IMG/VR virus record: IMGVR_UViG_3300028364_000018
Span: 1-64,000 of that record
From: a virus
Length of the DNA stretch: 64,000 bases
Direction: 5' to 3' (one strand)
The translations under genes were made by a program, and so were the position numbers. Position 1 is the first letter of the stretch, and every line of letters starts with the position of its first letter. Shown one piece after another: positions 28,408 to 39,276 of this stretch. The notes beneath the pieces are model-generated. The model was not told where the DNA came from and did no database searches. It was given only the letters and a program-made list of their open reading frames with translations.

Positions 28408-29094
28408 ATGACAACACACATCGGACAACGACTTTACCTTGACTACCTAACTAAATGTGCAGGTGATGACCTGATGGAGTTCCCCAGAAATAGGGTATCG
28501 ACTCCCAGCTTCTTGTGGGATGCACTGAAGAGCCCGTTGGGAAACGCTCGACAACTCTCTGAAGCTACGGGGCGTGATTCAGCGGGGTACCTCAGCGCAG
28601 GTCTCGGTATGCTAGGACGAGCAGGCGGTCTCGCGGCTTCCGCCCTGCCTGGTAGAGGCGTGACTCGCACAGGCATGCAGAGCGCCGGACGCCTTCTACG
28701 ACACCTAGCAGCGGTTTACGCAGGAGGCGCTGCGGGACACGGACTAGCCGCTAATAGGTCCAACGCAGCGCAAGACCGTGAGTTCATGAGCTACGTCGAC
28801 GACTACCTACCTGATATCATGCGAACCAAGGCCATAGGCAGACAACTTGATAAGAGCTCCCCAAGGGGGTTAGCCAAGGCACTAGACCAGAGTTCGTTCT
28901 TACCAGGTAACTTACGCGAGGCCCTACGCACCCGTAACCCGGTGAAAGCCGCAACAGCACCTCCCCCAACCCAGCAGATACAGGTCAAGCCCATCCAGCC
29001 AACTTTAGCCAAACCCGTAAAACCACTGGGGCAGGCGGGTAAGGTCTCTGCGGGTCCGGGTGGAGAAGTCACCACACCAACTAAAAAGCTATAG
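28408..29094 (+). CDS. putative virion protein with Gly/Ala-rich segments (KCAG)
   Basis: 228 aa. Confidence 0.55.
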   Translation: MTTHIGQRLYLDYLTKCAGDDLMEFPRNRVSTPSFLWDALKSPLGNARQLSEATGRDSAGYLSAGLGMLGRAGGLAASALPGRGVTRTGMQSAGRLLRHLAAVYAGGAAGHGLAANRSNAAQDREFMSYVDDYLPDIMRTKAIGRQLDKSSPRGLAKALDQSSFLPGNLREALRTRNPVKAATAPPPTQQIQVKPIQPTLAKPVKPLGQAGKVSAGPGGEVTTPTKKL

Positions 29095-30040
29095 GGTCGT
29101 GCGTATTTCAAAAGACGACTTAAGGGTCCTGCGAGAAGGACTAAAGCAGGCGGCGGCGCAAGAACCCCCCGCAGAGGCCTCTCGTTCATGGATAGATCGT
29201 TTGTTAAGACGACCTACCCCTAACTCTAAGGCGTTGATACAATGGGCGGTGGATCACCCAGATCAGGGATTAGATTACCCGAGTATACTTAAGCTCAAAA
29301 GGATGATAGACACACACGTAGACCATCCGATGATAGGACCTAAAAGGATAGACAGCATACCAAGGTCTATGATAAGCAAGCAACAACTGAGTAAGGATGA
29401 GATGTTATCGGCGGGGTTTGTACCAAGCTTAGTGTCGGTCCCTGAGCGAGGTCAAAAAACATGGACGAGTTACAGACACCCCAGCTCCGGTACGCACATC
29501 CACGATCACGACGAAGACTGGGTGATACATAACGACGACTGGCCTAGTATGGCGATGCAGAGTATCAAGGCACGGCACACGGGTAATAAAGTGAACTACG
29601 CGGAGGGAGCAAAACATACTGTGTTTGAAGGTATACCAGGGTACTACAACTTTGGTTTGAGCTCTATACTAGGGTCACCCACCATACCACAGCTGATAAA
29701 AGACCCTGAATTAGCGAATAGAGCCACAGCAGGTCGAGCGGCTTTGGGACTACTCACAGCTACAGCAATACCGGCAGGGTTGGCATCGCTGCTTCCCGGC
29801 GACCGCAGCGGAAGGGCCTTGCGAACTGGGGGGACGGTAGCAGGAGGTCTCGGTGGGTTGATGGCGGCCCAAAAATTACGAGGTACACTCCCAGTACGAT
29901 TTAGCAGCGATCCACGTGTTCGGTTCTTCGGGGACACAGCGGGATTGGTCGGCGGGGCGTTAGGAGGGCGAGCACTAGCCCGTAGGCTAGACGGTAGGGT
30001 TGAAGCCGAAAACACAGATTTAGATGAACCAGAACAGTAA
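29060..30040 (+). CDS. putative virion protein with His-rich core and C-terminal glycine zippers (KQAA)
   Basis: 326 aa; HIHDHDEDWVIH; three GxxxG hydrophobic segments. Confidence 0.55.
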   Translation: MEKSPHQLKSYRVVRISKDDLRVLREGLKQAAAQEPPAEASRSWIDRLLRRPTPNSKALIQWAVDHPDQGLDYPSILKLKRMIDTHVDHPMIGPKRIDSIPRSMISKQQLSKDEMLSAGFVPSLVSVPERGQKTWTSYRHPSSGTHIHDHDEDWVIHNDDWPSMAMQSIKARHTGNKVNYAEGAKHTVFEGIPGYYNFGLSSILGSPTIPQLIKDPELANRATAGRAALGLLTATAIPAGLASLLPGDRSGRALRTGGTVAGGLGGLMAAQKLRGTLPVRFSSDPRVRFFGDTAGLVGGALGGRALARRLDGRVEAENTDLDEPEQ

Positions 30041-30184
30041 GGAAAAATATGCTTGAGAAACCCGAGATACACACCTGGACGTTCAACAGAGGCGTAACAG
30101 ACTGGTACGGGCGGATGGCACAGGTCTACCGCCTTAGACGTGTGCGCAAACAAGTCTTCCGACAACCGGAAGCAAATATAAGGA

Positions 30185-30793
30185 ATGATTATGAATGATG
30201 TTTTTTACGTCGGGATAGCAGGTCGCGCAGGATCAGGTAAGGACCCAGCCGCGCAGGTAGTGGCGGGGCACATGACCAAACCCTCCACAATCAAAGCCCT
30301 AGCCGAGGGGTTGAAGAACATGCTGGCCGCTCACTATGGTGTGGCGCAGGACAACCCACTACTCTACACAGCAGAGGGTAAGGCCAGCCCCAGTCCAAAC
30401 CCACTGACAAAGGGTAACACCGTACGTGATGACCTCATACAATTGGGGGACGCGACGAGAGCGATCAACCTAAACATATGGGTGAACGACATGAAGCGGC
30501 GTGCGATGCAGACTGGCGCGCAGATCGTTGTAGTACCGGACGTCCGTTACAAGAACGAGAAGGAACAGTTGGATATGCTGATATGGGTCGGACCTGATAA
30601 ACCCGGCAAGCACCCTACTGAAGCGGAACTGACTTCGGAAGACGCGACTCTTAATTGCGCGTTCCTGCAACTGACGGTGGGAGAGCGCCTGGATGCACTG
30701 CGGGAGATATTACAAACTACACGTAAGCTAGTAGAGGATGGGTCTACTAGATCTCAGATAGAGGCGTATCGGTTATTCGGGGCGGGAGTTTGA
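30185..30793 (+). CDS. deoxynucleoside monophosphate kinase
   Basis: GIAGRAGSGKD P-loop; RDDLIQLGD..R; VVPDVRYKNE. Confidence 0.85.
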   Translation: MIMNDVFYVGIAGRAGSGKDPAAQVVAGHMTKPSTIKALAEGLKNMLAAHYGVAQDNPLLYTAEGKASPSPNPLTKGNTVRDDLIQLGDATRAINLNIWVNDMKRRAMQTGAQIVVVPDVRYKNEKEQLDMLIWVGPDKPGKHPTEAELTSEDATLNCAFLQLTVGERLDALREILQTTRKLVEDGSTRSQIEAYRLFGAGV

Positions 30794-30949
30794 AGGCCTT
30801 TCAAGTGGTTCTCACCTGTGATAAGTGGGTGGACGACAAAGCGATGGACCATGTACAGCACGTGATCTTTCCTGTCCTAAAGGCCTCGGGCCTAGTTCCT
30901 CATATTGAAGAGCTTGACCAACCCACCCCCGAGGTGTTAGAGTCGGTAC

Positions 30950-31240
30950 ATGCACCGACCTGTTCAAACGGCTGTCCTACGACACAAACGCTGGAGAGTC
31001 CAGGACTCAGCTGAGATCCCGGACGGGCACCGGACCGAGGGCGAACGACTTTTGGGCATCTGCATATACAGCGACAAGACAATCCATGTCCCTAAAGAGG
31101 GGGAGACCCTGGTGGATCTTGATGTGATTCTACATGAAGGCCTGCACGCCTGTACGGAGCTAGATGAGCAGGCGGTGGATGAGACAGCGTCGTCCCTTGC
31201 CCTACTGCTTTGGAGGCTAGGTTGGCGAAAGGGAATTTAA
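30950..31240 (+). CDS. small zincin-like (HExxH) protein
   Basis: LLGIC..I.V..DVILHEGLHA. Confidence 0.55.
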   Translation: MHRPVQTAVLRHKRWRVQDSAEIPDGHRTEGERLLGICIYSDKTIHVPKEGETLVDLDVILHEGLHACTELDEQAVDETASSLALLLWRLGWRKGI

Positions 31241-31266
31241 CCCCTGTCTACGTTATATATACTTGA
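31234..31266 (+). promoter_or_regulatory. conserved motif, copy 4 (AATTTA-N12-GTTATATATACTTGA)
   Basis: Precedes the long early-type gene block. Confidence 0.65.
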
Positions 31267-31339
31267 AGGCCCACGCTTCGTGAGTCTCATATTTTTAACC
31301 ATAACAAAGGAATAAAATGAATGTATTCATCATGGGAAT

Positions 31340-32797
31340 GTGGGTGGGGTTTTTTATAGCTATGGCGATAACAGTTCTAGCATGGGTGGCGGGCATATGA
31401 CCGAGGACGATCTGGCCCAAGCTCAGAAGAGAGAAGATCTACAGGCCGACATCGAGCATTACGGACCTACTGTGATAGGCGCTTTGATTGTGGCGGGGGC
31501 TCTCGTCTACGTAGCTTATAAGGCCCTCCGTGGATAAGCGTCAATGGCGAGAGGATTGCACGGCCTTCTTGCTGGAACAACTCCTAGAAGCTGTTCTAGA
31601 AGGTCAACCTCAGAGTGTTGTAGTCGGACGAGATGACCCCCACGCGGCGGATCTACGCCTTCAATTCAAGCAGATGTTAATGGATATCTACATGAGGTTC
31701 GAACAACCTCGTTATAATGAACTGCAGATTGACGGATCCTTGGTAACGTTTATCGGAGCCGGACAGATTCGTGAGTGGCAAAAAACACACAGGATAGGCG
31801 TGGGTGAATTCTGGGACAACAGTTGCGCTCATTGGCAGGGTCCCTTCTGGGAACCCTCTGCTTGCACCGTCACAAACTTAATTAAGGAACCTATGCGCGA
31901 TTGGCGCATTTGAATAATATGAAAGTAGATGAAAGCATGATTCAGACGGTAGTGGCGGTTGCCGACCAGTACTACACAGATGATAGATCCAACGAGTTGT
32001 ACGATCTGCTAGGGGAGAAAGTTGGCGGGTTCCCCTCTATCTGGTTCGAAGTTGGCGTGTTTGCGCTGGCCATGGACCAACAATTAGCAGGCGAGTGGAG
32101 CATAGGAGCCCGGGAGTTCATAGATGACGTAATGGAGCTGACCCGCGATTGGATAACCCTCTGTCTGATGAACGGGACCTTCGTTACCTTCGACCACCTA
32201 TGGGATACACGCCTGGAACGTTTTAAGGTAGTGGTAGAGAGTACCACGACCTTGACGCATACAGTCTGGCCCTTAGCACCCAGAGGGGACGTGTCACAGG
32301 CACGGGCCTTGGCGTTGAAGGAGGTGCGGGACACCTGCGGAGCTCTAGCTAATCTCAGGGTTGTAGAAGTCAAGAGGGCCGCAGGTCGACCATGAAAACC
32401 TATAAAACGATGGATAGCCTTCTAAGGCGTTTGGCCTACAAAGGTCGGTCGAAGAAGTGGGAAAGGCGCAGAACGAAGAAAGCAACAAGATTACCCAAGG
32501 ATAAACATGCAGTACGTAGTTGAGATAGATAAATTGGACGACTCATTAGAGGCCTCGTATGTAGCTCGTAAACGGGGGGAGGTGGGGGGCACCTACCGCT
32601 CTGAACACCCGATGGTGTTCCGTAATCAGAGCGTGGCATCCAAGGTTCGCCGTAAGTGGAATAGGCAGACAGGCACCATAGCCACGGAGCGACCTTATGA
32701 CGCCCTGATACATCCGAACGTGGTGTTTGAGAAGGTGGTGGAGTTGGACCCCTATAGATTTGTTAAAACTGAAAAACAAATGGAGAAAATTAAATGA
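31340..32797 (+). CDS. run of small hypothetical genes (31340-31537, 31530-31913, 31901-32395, 32507-32797)
   Basis: Overlapping + strand ORFs; grouped because no function is recognisable. Confidence 0.5.
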
Positions 32798-34709
32798 CAA
32801 TATTATGCTTTTGCCCCTCGTGTGACCGCATCTACGCAGATGAAGACTTTTGCATAGATTGCACATATGAAGGTCATCCAGATGACGACGTTGAGCTTGA
32901 GGTTATAGGTGACTTTTCTTCCGAGCAACTAATCAACGCAAAAGCTGGCGGGATTGCCGACACAAAGGAGAACGTATGAAAAATGAGAACGATAAAAGCA
33001 ATTCCGCTGATTTTATGGTTGAAGTAAACGCAGATGACTTAATATCTGTTTTGCGCGGGATCACTCAAGGGAACTATATGGAGTTTTTAGTTGCCCAAAA
33101 CTACTACATCACAACAGGCCAGCACTCTTCGGTGCAGTCACTCATGGAGGCGTGGGTTAAGCACAACGCCGAAGTCCACCGGATCGACGAAGGAGAAGAG
33201 GCATGAAAAATGGAAACACTGCCTCAGATTGGATGGATGCGACAAAATCCGCGCCGCCAAGAAACAATGAATTTGAGGTTCTTCACTTCGGAGACCTTGC
33301 CGAGAAACATTGGCTAATCCAAAAGGGGAAATGGGATGAGTTTGGATTTTGCGGGGTGGAAAATGAGGAAGGTGAGCACTGCAAAGTTTCTACAATTACC
33401 CACTGGCGCATTTCTAACGAAGAGTTAGCGGGACGTGATTCTGAGCGTTCCGCTGATTGTATTATTGAAATACCCCCAAACCAAGATCGGTCATACGTTG
33501 ATTTATTAGATGCTATAAAACGCAATCCTTTTATGTTTTCGCCCAACTCCGACTTGTGCGGATCGACGAAGGAGATTCGCACGGAGGACTCGTTGTGATT
33601 ACAATCGAGGAATACAAAATGAAAAACTGGTATGAAGTCCATGAAGATCGTCGGAATTATCACGGCAACGGAAACGCAAATGGTTGTACCAATCGTTTCC
33701 ACACAGGGCAGTACGAAACTGCCGAAGAGGCGTTTGAATACGTCGAGAAAAGTAGAGGTTATGGATTTCACCGTCTTGTGGTGGTAAAATGTTCGGCTGA
33801 AATAATTAACGCAGAGATAGCGGGACGCGATTCTGAGCGTTCCGCTGATTGTCTGGTTGAAACGGATTACAGTAATGCCGTTGAACGTGCAACGAGGGCT
33901 GAAAACATATTGAGCCGTTTACTGTCAGGATTTTGGGTCCACATGATGAACGAAATTGCACCCGAGGAGGCAATGGGTGATCAGGTAACGGCATACTGGG
34001 AAAAATATAACGCCGAAACTGACCGGATCGACGAAGTAGATTCGGGCGAGGGTCTTGTTGAGACTAAAAAGGATAAGTCATGAGTCACCCTGAACCAAAT
34101 AATATCCATGACAGCTTACTAAACTGTGTGGCTTTTTGCTCCCGCGATTGGTCGCAGAACAAGCGGGACGCATGGATTTATGGAATAGTTTGCGGGTGGG
34201 AAGACGCCATAGAAGACGTGGCCCAAGATCATAACTGGACTCCTGAAGCTGTTAAACGCTTAGAGATGCTTCACGAGCAGTTCGAAGGCCTCAACACCGA
34301 ATTGGCTGGATCGACGAAGGAGAAGAGGCATGAGTCTGGTTGAAAATGATGGAGGTAAATTATGAAATCTATTTATGACAAAAAAGGGAGACCTATCCAC
34401 GTTGGTGATGTAATTAAAATCTACCATTTTACTGCGGCTTTAAGGCGTGAAAAAAACTACATGTACAAACATGTTAAATCTATAACCGAATATGATTTTG
34501 GCACTATGTACGTCCTAGACCATTTGGAAGAAGATCCAAAAACATTTGCGGTGAGAGCAGAGGGTGAAATTGTCCCACATTGGGAAGTCATTCAGGGATT
34601 TAACGGAGGCCACTTTAGCGAGAGACGAAAGCTCAACGCCGAAGTCTGCGGATCGAGCCATAGCGAAGACTCGCCCAATTGTCTGGTTGACCATAAGGAC
34701 GGTGAATGA
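32794..34709 (+). CDS. six cassette-like small ORFs (32794-32979, 32976-33206, 33203-33598, 33619-34083, 34080-34343, 34362-34709)
   Basis: Each ends in or runs through an attC-like hairpin, giving N-A-E-x-x-G/R C-terminal tails. Confidence 0.6.
32931..34692 (+). repeat. array of eight attC-like (59-base-element) imperfect inverted repeats
   Basis: xxxxAAC...GTTGAxx elements at 32931-33024, 33161-~33245 (degenerate), 33412-33470, 33541-33598, 33804-33862, 34005-34063, 34289-34345 and 34631-34692, with pairing inner arms. Confidence 0.8.
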
Positions 34710-34843
34710 TGCAATATAAAATCATTACAGCATTCGGCGTTAACCGCCTTGAGACTTTAGTGCGGAGGTGTTTGGATAAAGGCTGGATACCTAAAGGCGG
34801 ACCTTTTGTCCTCGGTGTGGAGATACTCCCAGAAGCCATTTAA
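34706..34843 (+). CDS. small DUF1737-like protein, possibly truncated
   Basis: QYKII..LETLV...LDKGWIPKGGP. Confidence 0.4.
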   Translation: MMQYKIITAFGVNRLETLVRRCLDKGWIPKGGPFVLGVEILPEAI

Positions 34844-34901
34844 GTACCTAACAGTGTTTGGAAGTGTTAAAATTAAACACAAAATAAAATACAAACAGGG
34901 G

Positions 34902-34936
34902 TTGACAGTATCGCAATAAGTATGTAAGGTATAACC
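34902..34936 (+). promoter_or_regulatory. sigma70-like leaderless promoter
   Basis: TTGACA-17-TAAGGT-6nt-ATG(34937). Confidence 0.6.
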
Positions 34937-35080
34937 ATGAATCAAGTAAAAAGAATGATGAGCTACCCCCGACGCATGTTCGAGCGCCTAACCCGGTTTT
35001 CGAACCACACAGGTCTGGCGCTGACAGAGATAGTCCGCCGGGCTGTTGATGAGTACCTGGATCGTAACGAAGTAAAATGA
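34937..35080 (+). CDS. ribbon-helix-helix DNA-binding protein (47 aa, not in ORF track)
   Basis: MNQVKRMMSYPRRMFERLTRFSNHTGLALTEIVRRAVDEYL; ATGA-coupled to tnpB. Confidence 0.75.
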   Translation: MNQVKRMMSYPRRMFERLTRFSNHTGLALTEIVRRAVDEYLDRNEVK

Positions 35081-36459
35081 AAGTCACACGCATCATAAAC
35101 GCCGAACCTAATCAGGCCTTGCTACCTATATGCAAGGCCACAGCGTTTATGCGTGCTGACATCTGGCGGCGTTACGGCGCACTAGGCACAGCCGGTAAAA
35201 GGTTGAACACCGTAAAACCCGAGCTGCCTGCGTTGTACAAGTACCTAGATCTGGACGGTACGATTCGGGCAGAGACTGCCAAAGACGTACTCAACGATAT
35301 ATACTCATACAAAGAGGCGGCCAAGGAGAGGGTGCGAAAGTCTGTTAGGAAGAGGGCCGAGACCGACGAGGAGTTGAAACGGTTGTACACCCTGCTTAAG
35401 AAAGATGAGTGGTTGGACGACAACTTCCTACACCGGCAGATGCGTAAGCACTTCAAGCACGGCGTAGCCCATTGCGCGAATCAATTTGTGGTTCGTAGTG
35501 ATAGGGTGCTGACCGAGGTAGTGGAAGGGCGCCTAGTTGTAATCCTAAAGATTGCACCAAAATACGGGAACTCTATAAGGCTGACTACCACAACAAGTGG
35601 TAAGAACGTAGACCTCAAGGGCTCGAACCTGCGAGTAATTGTGAAAGATACGGGGGTGGAGATCCACTACTGCGCAGACAAACAACCCGGACGAGCGCCA
35701 GGAGTGGGTAAGATTGGGGTGGATAAGGGTTACACTGAGGCGTTTGCCGATAGCCGGGGAGGTCTACACGGACAGGGTTTCGGGCAGACCATGACCAAGT
35801 TCAGCGACCGGGTTAAGGAGACGGGTAAGTCCCGTAACAAACTCCGCGCGTTGGAGGAGAAGCACCGGGAAGCCGGTAGGGTGGCTAAAGCAGACCGGAT
35901 TAATAAAAACAACTTAGGAAATAAGAAGATTGAGAGACGAAAAGAACGGACACAAAAGAGACTGCGGACAATCGCTTTCAAAGCGGCTCACGCAGTTGTT
36001 GACCATGCCTCCCATGTGGGAGCAGAAGATTTGAGTTCTCCGATATGCTCCAAGCATAAATGGAGGAATTACAATCGGAGAATGAGTTCCTGGGCCAAAG
36101 GCGTTTTAGCCGAGGCATTGGAAAACGTCACGCAACAGCGTGGCTCGAAGTTACAGCTTGTTGCTTCGGCCTACACATCGCAAATTGATTCACAGACGGG
36201 CTTGCTGGAAGGCCAGCGCGTCGGGGATCGGTTTTACCACGTAAGTGGGGATGTCAGTCAGGCCGACACCAACGCTGCACGAGTGATTGAGCGACGGATG
36301 GATGACCCGGAGATAGGGCGTTACACGCCCTTCAAAGACATCCGTCTGATACTACTCAATCGCTCTCCGGCGCAACTGAGCGTCAATAGGGTCGAGTTGG
36401 GATCTTTGGATCGTCAACCGACTGCGGATAAACTCAATGCGCACTTATACGCATACTAA
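35077..36459 (+). CDS. tnpB: TnpB RNA-guided endonuclease (RuvC intact, Zn-ribbon cysteines absent)
   Basis: IGVDKG (RuvC-I), AEDL (II), AYTSQ, ADTNAA (III). Confidence 0.9.
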   Translation: MKVTRIINAEPNQALLPICKATAFMRADIWRRYGALGTAGKRLNTVKPELPALYKYLDLDGTIRAETAKDVLNDIYSYKEAAKERVRKSVRKRAETDEELKRLYTLLKKDEWLDDNFLHRQMRKHFKHGVAHCANQFVVRSDRVLTEVVEGRLVVILKIAPKYGNSIRLTTTTSGKNVDLKGSNLRVIVKDTGVEIHYCADKQPGRAPGVGKIGVDKGYTEAFADSRGGLHGQGFGQTMTKFSDRVKETGKSRNKLRALEEKHREAGRVAKADRINKNNLGNKKIERRKERTQKRLRTIAFKAAHAVVDHASHVGAEDLSSPICSKHKWRNYNRRMSSWAKGVLAEALENVTQQRGSKLQLVASAYTSQIDSQTGLLEGQRVGDRFYHVSGDVSQADTNAARVIERRMDDPEIGRYTPFKDIRLILLNRSPAQLSVNRVELGSLDRQPTADKLNAHLYAY

Positions 36460-36476
36460 ATGAGGCAGGATTCAGC

Positions 36477-37058
36477 ATGACCATATTCTTCGCGTCCGAC
36501 ACCCACTTCGGACATAAAAACATTGTGGAGCTTGGGGAGGGTAAACGCCCGGGGATCTGCTCGGAAGAGCATGACGAGATTCTAGTAAACAACTGGAATC
36601 GACAGGTGCCCAAGAAGCGTTCAGTCACGTATCTCCTCGGAGATGTCTCTATGTCCGCTGAGGGCTGGCACCACCTAACCAGGCTCAATGGAGATATCCG
36701 GATAATACTGGGCAATCATGACGACCGTTGGCTAGACCACCAGGGCATCCGGGACTTGGATAAGTGGTTGCCAGCTAACATCCAGCTCGAGCCTGTCAGC
36801 CTCCTACGCTACAAGCGTATGTGGTTAAGCCATTGCCCGATCCACCCGGACGAGATGCGTAAGTGCCTATGTAACATGCACGGACACATCCATAATCACG
36901 TTATTGACGACCCTCGGTACATGAATGTCTGTATGGAGCAACTGCCCGGCTTCTGTCCTATATCATTGGATGATGTACGGGCGGAGTTCCGCCGACGCGG
37001 GATTGAGTTGATGAGCGAGAAGTGGCAGGCTCTCCAAGGAAGTTTAAGTGCCAAGTAA
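36477..37058 (+). CDS. calcineurin-like metallophosphoesterase
   Basis: SDTHFGH, LLGD, GNHD, SHCP and HGHIH motifs. Confidence 0.9.
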   Translation: MTIFFASDTHFGHKNIVELGEGKRPGICSEEHDEILVNNWNRQVPKKRSVTYLLGDVSMSAEGWHHLTRLNGDIRIILGNHDDRWLDHQGIRDLDKWLPANIQLEPVSLLRYKRMWLSHCPIHPDEMRKCLCNMHGHIHNHVIDDPRYMNVCMEQLPGFCPISLDDVRAEFRRRGIELMSEKWQALQGSLSAK

Positions 37059-37091
37059 ATATTAAGGTCGCAACTTAACAATAGGAATTAG

Positions 37092-37795
37092 ATGAAAGAT
37101 AACGAAAGAATGGAATGGATAGAACGTGCTAGGGAGATCCACGAGAAGGAGGGGCGGGTCGAGATCGATGATAATGCGGAGGTCTCCAAAGGAGATGACC
37201 CGGGAGTGTACGTCCAAGCTTGGGTTTGGGTGGCTGCTCCTGAGGAGGCAGATCAATGATGGGCCAATACTTTGCTGAGGAGTTCCTGGAGTACGCTGGA
37301 CGACTCCTAACTACGATGGCCTACGCCAGTGCCATGGAGGAGGAGGATGCGCCTGAAGGGCCTGTGGCACGGATGGGAGCGGATTGGATGGACACGATGC
37401 CAGACTGTATCCCCATCTGGCCTGCGTCCGTTGAGGTGGCGTTGGTCGTCGCCAATCTGGATATGCGAGGTAATTACCCGAATATCCCAGACTTTATCGT
37501 ACGCACCCTGCAACATAATGAGGCCCTCCCCGAGGATTTCGATCCAGCAGAACCCTGCTACGAGCTAATAGAAAATATGGAGAGCCCAGACGGACGGCAC
37601 ACAAGCATAGTCGGGTACCTCGCCAGCAACTTCGCCCATCACATGGTGGGATCAGGAGTTGGTCTTTTTGACGAGGGTTGGGAGTGGCCACCCGAGTGGG
37701 ACGCTGTTATCTCACACAGCTGCGAGGCTTATATGGATAGTCTTGTACCGGACTGGCGAGAACGATTAAAGGGGTGGGGACCACCGGATGAATAA
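37092..37795 (+). CDS. two hypothetical genes (37092-37259, 37256-37795)
   Basis: Coupled acidic ORFs. Confidence 0.55.
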
Positions 37796-37960
37796 AGAAC
37801 AGGCTCTTAAGATATTCGCGGAACTAGGGATACCCCCATCCGAAGCGCTATACGCTTTGGAGGACTTTCGCCGGGCTCGCACGAATTTCGCCGAAGAGGA
37901 ATACACAACGAAGGAGCACACTCGGCGCCTCGAAGCGGCTTACACCCTGCTGAGGACCAA

Positions 37961-38476
37961 ATGACGGACGCACAGAAAGCCAGGATCTGTACCAACGCGA
38001 TACTGGAGGATAAGTATAGGCGTAGCTTGTGCTGTCCGCGGTGCATACCGGCGTTCTGGACTGAGTGTGACGTACTGCAGGTGACCAAGGCTGGTTACTG
38101 GGTGGAGTATGAGATAAAGGTGTCGCGCGCTGACTTCAAGGCAGATGCTCGCAAGCAGGTGACAGCCGGTAGGTACAGCTCCCGGCACCGGACCGCACCC
38201 CTTAAACACGATCTCCTCCGTACAGGATCTACGAGAGGACCAAACCGGTTCTACTACGTGACACCCCTGGGCCTCATTACCCCGGAAGAGCTTCCGGAAT
38301 TTGCGGGATTAATTGAGGTCAACATTGATTGGGATAAACGCAGGAGATGGCCGCATCCCCGGGAGGTGGTGAAAGCCCCTCGCCTACATACAGAGAAGTT
38401 GGATAAGAAAGAGGTGGATCGGATGATGGTTGGTTTCTACCACCGTTACATGCAACAACAATTAAAGAAGGATTGA
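37961..38476 (+). CDS. MmcB-like PD-(D/E)XK nuclease-fold protein
   Basis: ECDVL..EYEIKVSRADFKAD..NRFYYVTP. Confidence 0.75.
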   Translation: MTDAQKARICTNAILEDKYRRSLCCPRCIPAFWTECDVLQVTKAGYWVEYEIKVSRADFKADARKQVTAGRYSSRHRTAPLKHDLLRTGSTRGPNRFYYVTPLGLITPEELPEFAGLIEVNIDWDKRRRWPHPREVVKAPRLHTEKLDKKEVDRMMVGFYHRYMQQQLKKD

Positions 38477-38477
38477 T

Positions 38478-39275
38478 ATGAGTATGATCGACGAATTAGA
38501 AAAACAACTGCGAGAGCTCCGAAAGAAAGGAGAGGAGCAGGAGAGGCTGGATCTGGAAGAGGCAGTCAAGCCCTACATGAAACGCAGTTTCGTAGTATCC
38601 GGACCTTCTAGGAATCTGGATACTGTTCGGGTGGACCACGGGCTTATCAAGCTCAAATCATTTAAGCAGGATAAATGGAAGAACCTGGCCGTAGATGTCA
38701 GTATCAAGTATGTCGACTTCGCCGTTTCCCGATCCGGCCACAACCCGTTCGTTAGAAATGGGTTGTACACCCGGACTGACACTTGCAGCTTCTGTTTGAG
38801 TGATTGGAAGTCTTTCATCAGCGAGCTTGGCGACGAGGTAAGTAGCAGTGTGTTCGACCGGGTATTCCGGACAGTGGATGACCTCGGGTTGCTGGCTTCC
38901 CAAGAACTATGGGAGAAACACGGGTTGGAGACACTGGAGCAGAACGCAGGTCTCGTCGCATCAGAAAGTCGCAACTCCCTTGTTTGTAAGAAAAAGATGG
39001 CGTTGGACATACCGCATATCCAACTGGTAGGGGGCGACTCCTCTTACCTAGGCGGGGATTCTAACATCTTTATCCACGGAGATCTATACCTCATTAGCCG
39101 CGGCAGTCTGGAGCTGGCAGAGGAGCACCTAATCAGAAAGAGCGGGTTTGGGCTGAACCTAGCTACTACGAATCTCCTGGATGGAGAATACGGATACCTT
39201 GAACGCAGATCCTCAGACGTTAAGAGTTTGCGTGCGAGATTACAGGAAGCCGGTAAACAATTAAATAAGGATTAA
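38478..39275 (+). CDS. hypothetical protein
   Basis: 265 aa. Confidence 0.6.
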   Translation: MSMIDELEKQLRELRKKGEEQERLDLEEAVKPYMKRSFVVSGPSRNLDTVRVDHGLIKLKSFKQDKWKNLAVDVSIKYVDFAVSRSGHNPFVRNGLYTRTDTCSFCLSDWKSFISELGDEVSSSVFDRVFRTVDDLGLLASQELWEKHGLETLEQNAGLVASESRNSLVCKKKMALDIPHIQLVGGDSSYLGGDSNIFIHGDLYLISRGSLELAEEHLIRKSGFGLNLATTNLLDGEYGYLERRSSDVKSLRARLQEAGKQLNKD

Positions 39276-39276
39276 G

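Larger units (their letters stand above)
34860..36476 (+). mobile_element. IS200/IS605-superfamily (IS1341-like) TnpB element with RHH gene; ends approximate
   Basis: Promoter, RHH ORF and TnpB; no TnpA. Confidence 0.65.

Noticed and set aside
32931-34692. Possible CRISPR array
   Set aside because: Repeats are degenerate palindromes spaced 130-340 nt apart by ORFs, and no cas genes are present; attC fits better
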